A stretch of DNA of 44,129 bases from Chloropicon primus (Eukaryota), in contig CP060771.1 in NCBI GenBank assembly GCA_023205875.1, positions 434,001 to 478,129 of the forward strand, read 5' to 3'. Under the pieces are notes generated by a model, which saw only the letters and a list, made by a program, of their open reading frames with translations, did no database searches and was not told the origin of the DNA. Position numbers and translations under genes: made by a program. Below, in pieces: positions 20,470 through 31,514 of the stretch; within the stretch, counting starts at the first letter, position 1, and each line of letters opens with the position of its first letter.

Positions 20470-23400
20470 ATGGCTTGGGTCCCAATTTTGCCGCTGGTGG
20501 AGAACCACGGCGTGCTCCTGCCTCACAGCGTGGCCACCGTGAAGATAAGCTTGACCGGGAGCAAGGGAAAGGTCGCAGAGAGTCCTGAGGCGGGAGGAAG
20601 GGCGAGGAAGCGGGACAAGGCGTGGGGAAAGGGGACCAGGGAGAGCGAGCTCGCTGCCGTGTCTCTTTCCCTGGTGGAGATGGTTCTGGAAAGTGTGGGC
20701 GACAAAGGAAGCAAGGGTGCCCACCTGAAGACGCAGGACGAGGCGAGGAGGTGGCTCAGCGAGCGCTACTCGAGCCAGGGCGGCAGCACGTCCACCAAGA
20801 AGGCGCCCAAGGGGATGATACTCGTGGCCATGACTTTGGTTCGCGACGGGGACAAAGCGGGGGGAGCCACCGTCAAGGCGACGGTGGGCGGCAACCAAGC
20901 GTTCGAGTTCTACTCCGTGGGCTGCGTTTGCCGCGTGGTTCAGGTCAGAGTGGATAGGACGAGGAGGGAGGCGACCCTCATGATCGAGGGGCTGGCTCGG
21001 GCGGTGGTCAAGACGATCTCCATCGTGAGCCAGGCCTTCGCCATGGGGCACTGCTCGTGGCCAGAGGGGGGCCAATCCCAGCAAGGACCCAGCAACGAAG
21101 ACATCAGAAACCTCGCAGAGGCCTTGCACAACGTCCAGAACAGCATCTTGAGCTTCAACGGCATCCCCTTTCAAGGTTTGGGAAAGCTGACGAACAGCCT
21201 GTGGCAGATGGGGCAGAAGTCAGAAGCCGCTGACGTTCCGCACTCGAAGGCCCAGGGCTGGGTGACTCAGGTCAGCGACCTTCTCCTGGCGTCGCCCCTT
21301 TTGGACAAGCTCATGTCCAGAACGCAGAGGTTGGAGGCCCTGCAAGCCACGAATGCTGGTGAGAGGGTGAGGACGTTCGCCGCCATTCTGCAGGCAAAAT
21401 GCAACGACCACGAAGCCCTCCAGTTGATGAGGCCCGCGAACAAGAAGGTGGGCGGAAGGAGGGGCCAAGGCAAGGAGCTCGTGCTGAGGAGGGGGCTTGG
21501 CTCGAGGGGAAGGGACCATTCCGATGCCGCCAAGGCTGACCAAGACGAGTGGGACGAGCTGGAAACCAAGCTGGAAACCAACTTGCCAAAAGAAAGCAAA
21601 GTGTACCGGGAGGCCATCAGAGAATTCAGGCGGGTGAAGGACGCCTCTACTTTCAGGAACATGCCACCTCAGCCGGGCGACAACATGATGAGAAAATGGT
21701 TGGAGTGCGTTGCGGACATTCCTTGGCAAGACAGCGAACAATTGGAGAGGCAAAACAACGGCTCGGAGGTGAACAACGTTCCCTCGCACCAGAGAGTCCT
21801 CCTCAAGGCGATCTCTGTGATGGACGAGCGCCACTACGGCCTCAAGGCGGTCAAACGGAGGATCATCCAGTATCTCGCGGTGCAGCAGCTGCTGAAGGAG
21901 ACGAGGGCACGGGAACAAGAACGAGAACAAGCTGAGGGCGTGGGGGGGGGGACGAGTCTCAACCCAAAGGTGAAGAATCCTGTGATTCTTTGCTTGGTTG
22001 GTCCGCCTGGGGTTGGCAAAACGTCTCTGGCACGGACGATCGCCGAGTCTCTGGACAAGCCCCTTCAGCGGGTCTCTCTTGGCGGTGTCAGGGACGAGGC
22101 AGAGATCAGGGGACACCGGCGCACGTACATAGGGGCAATGCCAGGCAGGGTCGTCCAGGCCTTGATTCAGTCCAAGTCCAACAAGCCCGTGCTACTGCTC
22201 GACGAGATGGATAAGGCCGGGAATCCGGACGGCGGGGTGAGCGTGAGGGGCGATCCCCTCGGTGCTCTGCTGGAGGTTCTGGATCCTGAGCAGAACCACT
22301 CCTTTGTGGACCACTACGTCGGCCATGCCATCGATTTGAGCGAGGTCTTTTTCATCGCGACAGCAAACTCGCTCGAGACCATGCCCCCCGCCCTGAGAGA
22401 CAGGCTGGAGATCGTGAGGCTCCAGGCCTACTCCTCCTCGGAGAAGGCAGCCATCGGGACAACGCACCTGTGGCCCAAGCAGCTGATGAAGCACGGCCTC
22501 AGTGGCGCGTTGGTGGACACCGGCAAAGGCAAGGACGCGCTGAACGTTACGATTTCCAAGCTCCAGCCGAGCATGGTGGAATACATCGCGGAGAACTACA
22601 CGAGGGAAGCTGGCGTGAGGCAGCTGGAGCGTTGCCTGGCCAGCATCTGCAGGCACATCGCCACAAAAGTCGCCCTGGACCTGGAAAAGAGGGCCAAGGC
22701 CAAGGACTTTGTGAAAGACCCTCCTTCCTCCCCCCTTCGGTTCGAGGTGGACGACGAGCTCGTGGAGGTTGTGCTCGGTGCCCCAAAGGTCGGGAACTAT
22801 CGCGTGCTGTACAAGAACCTGTGCCGGCGACTGCAGACACCTGGGGTAGCAGCTGGCTTGGCTTGGACCTCCTCTGGGATGGGAACCGTCCAGCTGGTGG
22901 AGTGCTGCTCCATCAAATCCGTGTCTAGCCTGGCCCTGAAGCAGTCTGGCAACGTCGGCGGGGACCTCACGAATGCTTTGGGCCGCATGACGCTGACCGG
23001 GCAGCTGGGTGAGGTCCTTGAGGAGTCGGCTCAGATTGCCTTGACCTGGGCCCGGTCCATGTGCTCCCAGGCCACCCTTTCGAGCAGAGGACAGAGGGGG
23101 GGCCAAGGTCTGAGTGACCACGAGAAGTCCCTTTGCCTGTACGAGAGCGCGATGCTCTCCGACATCCACGTCCACCTTCCCGCGGGCTCGGTGCCCAAGG
23201 ACGGCCCGTCCGCAGGCGTCACCATCGCCGTGGCCCTGACCTCCCTCTTCTTCGGAGCCAAGTGCCGGGCCGACACCGCGATGACGGGCGAGATCTCCCT
23301 GCACGGCACGGTCCTCCCCGTTGGTGGCGTGGCCGAGAAGGTCAGGGCCGCCCAGAAGATCGGCATGTCCAGGGTCGTGGTCCCGGAGTCCAACGAGGAG

Positions 23401-23574
23401 GAGGCGAGGGAGGCCCTCAAGGATTCCAAGCAGCTCAAGGAGGTCGAGGTGATCCCGGTGAAGACGGTGGAGGAGGCGATCGACGCCGCCATCGTGGGGG
23501 GGAACCCCTGGCACTCGGCCTCCGTCTGGGGTCAGGGTCCCGTCCTCTCCCAAGAGGTCGCGGCCAAACTTTGA
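20470..23574 (+). CDS. LONP2: Peroxisomal Lon protease (LONP2 type)
   Basis: N-terminal LON domain (PILPL...VLLP), Walker A GPPGVGKTS, RGHRRTYIGAMPG, Walker B LLDEMDK, catalytic PKDGPSAG and GGVAEK, C-terminal PTS1 -AKL. First in-frame ATG at 20470. Confidence 0.93.
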   Translation: MAWVPILPLVENHGVLLPHSVATVKISLTGSKGKVAESPEAGGRARKRDKAWGKGTRESELAAVSLSLVEMVLESVGDKGSKGAHLKTQDEARRWLSERYSSQGGSTSTKKAPKGMILVAMTLVRDGDKAGGATVKATVGGNQAFEFYSVGCVCRVVQVRVDRTRREATLMIEGLARAVVKTISIVSQAFAMGHCSWPEGGQSQQGPSNEDIRNLAEALHNVQNSILSFNGIPFQGLGKLTNSLWQMGQKSEAADVPHSKAQGWVTQVSDLLLASPLLDKLMSRTQRLEALQATNAGERVRTFAAILQAKCNDHEALQLMRPANKKVGGRRGQGKELVLRRGLGSRGRDHSDAAKADQDEWDELETKLETNLPKESKVYREAIREFRRVKDASTFRNMPPQPGDNMMRKWLECVADIPWQDSEQLERQNNGSEVNNVPSHQRVLLKAISVMDERHYGLKAVKRRIIQYLAVQQLLKETRAREQEREQAEGVGGGTSLNPKVKNPVILCLVGPPGVGKTSLARTIAESLDKPLQRVSLGGVRDEAEIRGHRRTYIGAMPGRVVQALIQSKSNKPVLLLDEMDKAGNPDGGVSVRGDPLGALLEVLDPEQNHSFVDHYVGHAIDLSEVFFIATANSLETMPPALRDRLEIVRLQAYSSSEKAAIGTTHLWPKQLMKHGLSGALVDTGKGKDALNVTISKLQPSMVEYIAENYTREAGVRQLERCLASICRHIATKVALDLEKRAKAKDFVKDPPSSPLRFEVDDELVEVVLGAPKVGNYRVLYKNLCRRLQTPGVAAGLAWTSSGMGTVQLVECCSIKSVSSLALKQSGNVGGDLTNALGRMTLTGQLGEVLEESAQIALTWARSMCSQATLSSRGQRGGQGLSDHEKSLCLYESAMLSDIHVHLPAGSVPKDGPSAGVTIAVALTSLFFGAKCRADTAMTGEISLHGTVLPVGGVAEKVRAAQKIGMSRVVVPESNEEEAREALKDSKQLKEVEVIPVKTVEEAIDAAIVGGNPWHSASVWGQGPVLSQEVAAKL

Positions 23575-23730
23575 AGCAACCAAAAGAGCGATCGGAAGGA
23601 AAGAATCGACCCAGTTTTGGATTCACGGAATAAAGAGTTTTATTTTTCTTTTTTTGCTGCACTAAAAGTCGGAACAAAAAGAACGTCCTTCCCACTAAAC
23701 CTACTAGTGACTCGACCGGCCGGCCCCTCC

Positions 23731-24336
23731 TCACTCGTCGCACGCGGCAGAGTAAGCGGCGCTGTCCATGAGGGAGTCGAGCTCTCCGGCGTCGGACACC
23801 TTGATCTTCATCATCCAGCCGCCCTCGAATGGCTCGGTGTTGAGCTTGCTCGGGTCCTCCACGAGGGCCTCGTTGATCTCGACGACCTCCCCGGAGACAG
23901 GGGCGTAGACATCACTAGCGGCCTTGACGGACTCGACGACTCCAAAGGTCTCCGAGGCGTCCAAGGTGGATCCCACCTCAGGGAGCTCCACGAAGACCAC
24001 GTCACCGAGCTCGCTCTGAGCAAAGTCAGTAATACCCACGGTCGCAGTCCCCCCGTCCATCTTGACCCACTCGTGAGACTCGGCGTACTTCAAGCCGTCC
24101 ACGACCGTCGCAAAGTCCCTGCTGGCCGCGAAAGGGACCTGGACCCTCAGTGGAGCCTGGCTCTTTCCCGCCAAAGTCTTCAAGCTAGTGGCCTCGGAAG
24201 CCAGGGACGCGGTGCCGTAGCTGGCGGCCAGCTTGGAGAGCCCCGTGGTCTGCAACACGGACAAGGCACCCAAGTTCCTCATCACGTTGCAGCCCTGCCT
24301 CGCAATGTTCACCGTTGTCGCAATGGAAGAAGCCAT
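23731..24336 (-). CDS. GCSH: Glycine cleavage system H protein, mitochondrial
   Basis: KYAESHEWV, VGITDFAQSELGDVVFVELP, lipoyl-Lys motif VESVKAASD, GGWMMK; presequence-like N-terminus. Confidence 0.96.
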   Translation of the reverse strand: MASSIATTVNIARQGCNVMRNLGALSVLQTTGLSKLAASYGTASLASEATSLKTLAGKSQAPLRVQVPFAASRDFATVVDGLKYAESHEWVKMDGGTATVGITDFAQSELGDVVFVELPEVGSTLDASETFGVVESVKAASDVYAPVSGEVVEINEALVEDPSKLNTEPFEGGWMMKIKVSDAGELDSLMDSAAYSAACDE

Positions 24337-25219
24337 CTCTCTCTCTCTCTCCCTCTCTCTCTCAATGGAATGAAACGGAACAAAAATGGAACGGAAACCA
24401 AAAACCTGGGTCCTCTCTTTCTTGGGAACGAAAGAACCCAAAGCAAGCAAGCAAGCGAGCGAGGAAGGAAGCAAGGAAAAGAAGAGAGATGAGAGATGAG
24501 AGTCAGCAACAGACTGTCAAGTGATCTTCAAGACCTCGAGACGGATGAAGCACTAATGCGTTGACGTTTTCGCGCGAGAGAGGAGAGGAGGCCAGGGGGC
24601 GTAGAACATCAAAGATAACCAAGTGGAGAGGGTCTCGACTCGAACGGCACACGCTCCCGTCCTCTCCCTTCGTCTCGACGACCCTCGTTATCCTCCAGTC
24701 CCCTCCCCCGATTGGCCTCCCTCTTCTCCGTCTTTTCTTCGCCATCCGGAGTCCAAACAGAGCAACCAAGGTACGGACGGAAAGGTGATGAGATAACGGA
24801 TGCGATCGAACGTTTCTCTCTCCTCCATTCTTCCTTGGTGTCCAACTCGTCGTCCACTTTTCTCCTCACCTTCCTCGTCGTGGTCGCCACGAGGTTGCGT
24901 TGTCTGCGGAGGACCACACAATTCTCATCTTCAAATCTTCTGCGAAAGACGTGTAGTGTACGGTACACTGGTATATCGTCTTTTCTTTTTAAACCACGGA
25001 AGAGGGAAAAAAGGTGACAGGTGAAAACGATCGACGATCGTCGCGGAAGGTGGAGGAGGGGCGACACTTTCAGGGACGAGAAAGAAGGGTTCCAGTGGGA
25101 ACAGGGGGGACGGTAGGGGGATCAAACGAAAGAACTTTTCACGCTCTTTCGATCGAGCCCTCGCACGAAGGTTTTCTGTCCGGAGAAGAGGGAAAGGGGG
25201 ACGACGAAAGGAAAGGGAA

Positions 25220-25254
<35 letters not shown>

Positions 25255-25480
25255 GAGTGACGCGGCATCTCGAGGAAAGAGAGAAAGAACAGAAAGGTCT
25301 CGGTCTTCACGTCGTTCGGTTCGTTCGACTGGGACCTCTGCCCCTTGACTCGATTCGTTTCGCGCGCCGAGGAACGCCAAGCTCTCTTCGCGGTGTTCTC
25401 TTTCAAGCAGCAGAACGAGAACGTGATCATTTCATCAGCAGCAGCAGCATCTTCTTGTTTCATCTTGTTCGTGTTTCGTG

Positions 25481-28400
25481 ATGGCGAAGATGGCGAAGGT
25501 GGAGTGTGAGGAGGACGGCATGGAGGTTGTTCTGGAGTGTGGGTCGAGGGTGAGGCGTTACGCTGCGGACATCCACGCGAAGAGCGACACGAACACGAAA
25601 GAAGTCTTGGAACTTTTGTACAAGGCCGAGCAGGTCCTGAGGAGGACCAAGCAGGGGGACAAGGACATGAAGAGGGCCGTGGCCAACACCTTCTCGAAAG
25701 CAATCGTAAGTGAAACACGCGACACGACACACACCAACTTCCTCGCCATGGACTGACGCGACGACGTGAAACCTTTGTTGTCCTCTCTCTCTCTCTTTTT
25801 TCTCTCTCTTTCTTTTCCTGAACGACAACGCCACGCTTACTGGCTCACTCCAACCCCGACCCAGGTCCAGGTGCTGACGAGCGAGGGCAAGCGCAGGTCC
25901 CGGGGCGGAGCGGGAGAGAGGTCGGGGGGGAGGCGAGGCGCGCAGGGGTCGGGCGAGAAAACGCGGCAGCAGGTTGACGGCGAAGTGGACAGGACAACCA
26001 CTCCGCCCAGCTTGGCCCTGCTGGTGAGCGCGAGGTGCGCCTGCTGCTTCGTCCTCCTGCTTCGGCTGTTCGCGCCCAACTGCCCGTTCCCGGACAAGGA
26101 CATGGAGAAGGTCCTCTCGAAAGGACTCTTCGCCAAGGAGGGGGGGCTGGTGGCCCGACTGTGCAGGAGCCTCCCGGCCGAGGGCGCGGTGGCAGCGAGG
26201 GGGAAGACCCCGAGCAAAGAGAGGAGGTTCCCGGCTGGGAGGCGGGACGACCTCGAGGAGGCTTGGTCCGAGGTGTACGACCGGGGCCTCTTCATCCTCG
26301 ACACCCTGAGGGAGGTGAAGGCCTTGCTCCTTTGCTTGGACTTTGCCTCGGACGACTGCCTGTGCTGCGTCCTGGAGTCCCTTTTCGCGTGCATCACGGA
26401 GAGGAACGTCAGCGAGATCAAGGGCGTCGTTTTGGAGATCGCGGGGGAGCTCCTGGAGGAGGGGGGTGCGGACCTCGGGCCAAACCCGTGGGAGACCCTG
26501 CTGGTGGAGTGCGTGGGAAGGCACCAGAGCGGCTTGCCCGAGCTGGAGAGAAGGATCGAGGCGGTCACCGGGGCGGTGGCCAGCTCGGGGGCAGGGGGAA
26601 TCGGCGGCGACACGCAGAGCGAGGGCACCGAGGACTCGCGGGCTTTGATGCTGAAGCAAGGGGAGATGGGCTCGAGCAGCGCCACCGTCGTGGCCAGGGA
26701 GCTCCTGAGGAGGAACGGCCTGGCTTTGGGCCCGCACGTCCAAAAGTTCCTGGACAGGCTCATGACCGGCTGCCTGCCCTGCTCGGACTTGAACGACGAC
26801 TGCAACTACCACGCCCTGATGTACTCGCTCTACGTGACCTCGCCGAAGATCATGCTCCCGGTGCTCCCCAAGCTTCAGATGGACCTGACGACCACGAGGG
26901 ACGGCAAGCGCCTGGGGGCGGTCGAGCTGGTGGGTCACTTTCTGATCTCGGACTTTGGCCCGGATTTTGCCAGGGAGTACAACGGGTCCCTCTTCCAGAC
27001 GTTTCTGGATCGGTTCCACGACAAGAGCTCCGCGATTCGATCGAAGGCCACGGCGATCGCAGAGTGCTTCATCGTCAGGCACATGAGAGACGACAACAAC
27101 CTCCTGGTCATCGAAGGAGACGACGAGGAGATGGAGGTCGAAGTGGTCGGGGAGTCGGACAAGAGGAGCTCCTCCTGCGTGGTGTCCCTGCTGCACCTGC
27201 TCGCCGACAGGATTGTGGACCAGGACGAGAAGGTGAGGAAGCGCGCCGTGAGAGCGGTGGGCCACATCCTGTCCATCTCCCCTTCGGCGCTCAGCGGCGC
27301 ACAGTACGAGAATTTTTACGGCAGGCTCAGGGACACAAAGATCTCGGTGAGGCAGGAGACCTGTGCCCAGCTCGCCAGGATCTTCTGCTGCCACATCCAG
27401 CGGGTCCACAACGACGGCGGGTCGTGGAGGGACGAGGAGCGTGCCCAAATCATCCCAGGGCTCCTCCTCAAGGCCTATAAGGAGGACAAGGCCCTTCGGA
27501 GTGCGGTTGCCACGCGGCAGACCGGCCTAGGGATCCATGAAGCGAGCCACCAGACGGGGCCTGTGCTGGAGGAGGCGCTTTGCACTGGACTGTGGCCGGA
27601 AAACCTCGAGGCGGAGGAGGTGCTGAGGCACTGGGTCGTCATCGTTTCCACCGAATCGTTTGACGCGATCGAGGGATTGGAGCCACCCAAGCTCTTATCC
27701 AAGTGCATTCAGATCAAAATGGCGCTGAGGAACTCCTTGAAGCAGCTGCTGATGCTGCGCGAGGAAGGCAGGACCATCGCAGAGAGCGGCGTCGATGATG
27801 ACGAAAGGAAAGCGAGGTGGGCAGCCAAGTGCAGCATGCAGTGCCAGAAGGTCGCGAAGTTTTGGCTGAACGCTGAAAACCCGGAGAAATCCTCGGCGTC
27901 TCTGCAGAGGATCCTGGACCTCAAGGACAACAAAGTCATCGACGGCCTTGTTGCGCTGACCGAATGCGAAGACGGCGAGCGGGCCCTCGAGATCAAATCC
28001 ACTTTGATGCAGGCGATGAGCTACAACAAGGATCTCCAAGCGGCAGTCTCCCAAGTGTGCAACTACCTGGCATACAGCCCCATCCAGAATGACCATGTGA
28101 AGGCCTTGCTGACGATTCTTTTGAGCAAAGGCACGGAGCCGGGCGGACCTAACTTCATCCTGCACTGCAGGGATTTTGCGGTGAGGCTGGCTGCGGCGGA
28201 CTCAAAACTGTTCCACCACCCGGGGGCCAGGAACCTCCTCCTCCAGATGCTCTTGGACGAGAGGGAGAGCGTGTCTCTCCTGGGGCTGGAGCTCCTGGAC
28301 GCAACCCACAGGATCAGCCATCGGAAAGCTAGTGGCCGGGATCAGAACTGGCATTTGGGATCGGGATCCAGTGAGGAGGCCGCTTTGATGGGCTTGGTTT

Positions 28401-30148
28401 CGGATCGCCGGCGGGAGGTATCCACGAAAGCCATCGCTCTGGTCGACTCGGTCCTGGATGAGAACAGGGCCCAGGTGCTTCTCAAGGAAGAAGCAAAGAA
28501 ATCGCTGAGACTTCTTAACGAGAGCAGCGGCGGGTCCCAAGATCCCAAGGAAACTGCCAGGGCCTTCTGTGTGATTGGGAACATTGCTTCAGTTGCGCCT
28601 CACGTTCTCAAGGAGTCCACTTTGGATGTAGTGACCACGGTGTGCTCGGTGCTGACCAATCCCCTGCCTCCTCCACCACCCGGAACCCCGGTGGCGAGGA
28701 AGGAGAGGAGAGGGGGCAGGAGGGGAAGGGCGAGTCCTCCAAAGGGTGAGAAGGTCGCCGACGAGTGGGCACCTCACGATCTCTTCGTGGCCGCGGTGAC
28801 TTGCCTTGGCGATGTCTTCTGCCCCAGGAGCCCTTACTTGGACGTTTCTGATGATGTCAAGAAGGCAGTCCCATCTGCGATGCAGTATGTAGTGAATCAG
28901 CTCGAGCTTGAGAACCCCCTGATCGACGACAGCGGCCTCGCGTCCGAGCAAAAGGCGCAAGTCAGGCTCGCAGCAGCAAAAGCGATCCTGCAGGTGATCA
29001 AAAGGCATGACAACCTCGTGAGCTTCAAAGTGTACCAGGACGTTTGTCTGGTGATGCAGGACCCCAGCAAGGACGTCAGGAGGGCCTTTGCCGCGGAACT
29101 CAATTCTCTGGTCGCAAGCTTCCAGGCTACGAGGCCTCCCCAAGTCCCCAAAGCGGCCAAGTACGCTGCCGCGCTTGCCCTTGCCGGCGCGGATCCAAAC
29201 AAGGAGAACAAGGCTTTGGCCACAAACTACCTCATCCGTTACATTGTTCACGCTTGCGAGAACATGAAGAGGGGGGAGGGGAGGGACAAGTCCCAGAGGG
29301 ATGGAGTGGACCGCAACTACCCCCTGATGCGCCCTGAGTTTGTCCTGGTGTTTGCGATCCATTTGCTGGCACACCACTCGGACTATCCTACAAAGGACGA
29401 CCTTGAAGACTACGGCGTGAACGAGCCCTTCCTTCCCTTCCAGCAAATGCTCTTGTTCTTCTTGGAGATCCTGTCCCACGGCGAGTATTTCCTGGACAGC
29501 TCCAAGGGGGGCTTGAGCAAGCGCGGCAAGGAGAAGGCCAAGCCCATGTTCCAGCTGGACGCCGGGCTGGTGCAAAGCATCTTGAGAACGGTCAAGAATG
29601 CAGGGGATGCAATTCCTGCAGCAGCAGAAAGCTCGATTCACGTCATTGCTGACTTGGCGTGGCTGCTCACGGAGAGGCTCTGCACCACGGACCAAGGGGA
29701 CCGATTCGCATCCGATGCCCCGGATCACAGGGTTCCTCTGCCCCGCAGCCTGTACAAGGTGCACCACGGGAGCGAGAGGAGCAAGCACAGGAATTCTCTC
29801 GGTTCTTCGCTGCCAGAGGGCCTGGAAATCATGCCAATCGAAGAGGCTGCCTCCGGCAAGGGAAGGAAGAGCAAGAGCCCGAAGAGAAGAAGCTCCGGGG
29901 ATGGGGCGACGACCCCGTCCCCAGGCAGAAAGAAGAGGAAGACCAAGAGCAGGAGGAAGGGCCAACTTTCGCCACTGTCCTCCTCGGAGTTTAACTCTGG
30001 TTCTGGCAAGGGAGGGTTTGAAGCCCAGAGCCCCAAGAGGTCCCAGCCCAAGAGGTCTGCCAAGGCAAAGGCCAAGAGCCAAATCAAGGAACAGGAAGAG
30101 AAGGAGAACCGAAGCAGCTCCAGCTTGTCTTTGGGAGTCTCCCTGTAA
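25481..30148 (+). CDS. PDS5: Sister chromatid cohesion protein PDS5; exons 25481-25705 and 25865(or 25871)-30148
   Basis: PDS5-type HEAT motifs ACCFVLLLRLFAPNCPF, PKIMLPVLPKL, FLDRFHDKSSAIR, DQDEKVR, RLRDTKISVR, VRLAAAKAIL, RPEFVLVFAIHLLAHH; basic SP-rich tail; phase-0 intron from 25706 (GTAAGT). Confidence 0.85.
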
Positions 30149-30249
30149 GACAGGAGTAGTGTACGAAAAGAAGATTTGTATAAATAAGAAGGTGAGGTGC
30201 CCTGGCGACCAAGCCGCGCCACCTCGATGTAGATACCAAACCCACTTTT

Positions 30250-30810
30250 TCACTTGAAGATGGCGGAGACCTTTTCGAAGACCTCGTCTATGGACACGTC
30301 CGTCTTGATGTGCTTCACCTTGTCCATGCCCCTGTAATGCTCGATCACCGGCATGGTCTGGTCCTGGTAGGTCTTGAACCTCTTCTTGATGGTCTCGATG
30401 TTGTCGTCCGCCCTTCCCTCGGCTCTGTTCAGCAGCCTCTTCTCCAGGACGTCCTCGGGGCAGTCGAAGAAAAGAACAAAGGAACAGTCGTGGCCGACGA
30501 CCTCTAGGAAAGTGTCCCTGTTCTCCAAGTTTCTCGGGAAACCGTCGATGAGGAACTTGGAAGACCCGCTGTCCTTCATCGCTTGCTTGAGCAAATTCAC
30601 CGTCACAGAGGAGGGAACAATCTTCCCCTGCTGCATCATCTCGGCGCACTCATTGCCCTCCTTGGTTCCAGAACGCACGAACTGGCGAAGCAAGTCGCCC
30701 GCACTGAAGTGGACGTAGCCGAAGCTATCGACAATCTTCGCGCACTGCGTCCCCTTGCCGCTTCCCGGCCCTCCCAGCACAAATACAACCGTCGCAGACG
30801 CTTCTCCCAT
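30250..30810 (-). CDS. UMP-CMP kinase (adenylate kinase family)
   Basis: VVFVLGGPGSGKGTQC, HFSAGDLLR, GKIVPS, FLIDGFPRN, GRADDNIETIKKRF; first ATG at 30810. Confidence 0.94.
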   Translation of the reverse strand: MGEASATVVFVLGGPGSGKGTQCAKIVDSFGYVHFSAGDLLRQFVRSGTKEGNECAEMMQQGKIVPSSVTVNLLKQAMKDSGSSKFLIDGFPRNLENRDTFLEVVGHDCSFVLFFDCPEDVLEKRLLNRAEGRADDNIETIKKRFKTYQDQTMPVIEHYRGMDKVKHIKTDVSIDEVFEKVSAIFK

Positions 30811-31514
30811 CCTCCTTGTGTGTTGCCCACGAAGCTGAAGCGGAACAAGATGTTGTTGGATTCCGAGAGTCCTCGCGCAGTTGTCGACGAAAGAACCCTT
30901 TACTGAGTCTTGGAAAGTCGCTCGAAACCAAGCGACACTTGCTGTCCCGAACCTTTCCTTGAGTCCGTCACCGCAAGAGGAAGAGGAAGAGGAAGAGGAA
31001 GATGTTGTTGTTGTTGTTGTTGTTGTTGCAGGAAGGAAAAGGAAGTCACTCCTCCTGGCGAGTGGCGTGATACTCGTCGCTCGCGTCACCAAACGAGACA
31101 AAGTGTGGACCAAAGCCAAGCCGATTATCTTGACTGTCAATCGTCAACGTGTTCTGCGGAAATGGTATAAGAGCGCGCGCCTCGTCCTCGTCCTCGTCCT
31201 CGTCGTCGTCGTCCTCGTCCTGAAAAATGGCGGCTTTCTGGCGGGAGGCCGTTAGGCAATCAGGAGAAGGTCAGGGTGCAATGCGTTCCCCGGGAGGGGG
31301 GAAACTGCAATGCAGGGACCCGATCGATGGATCGATGGATCGATGCTTCTGTCCTCTCTCTCTCTCTTGTGCGGAGCCTGTCTGGAGCAAGCAAGCTTTG
31401 CCTCGAGGAGGAAGACCGCACCAAAGGAAGCTGAATCATAAAGTTTTGTTCATAAATGAGTATTATATAGTTCACAATAATAGTAATGGACAGGGGACGA
31501 CCGGACTGCTGGCA

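Noticed and set aside
24500..25450. ORFs in the GCSH/PDS5 spacer
   Set aside because: Repeat-derived translations; the region is best explained as divergent promoter and UTR sequence.
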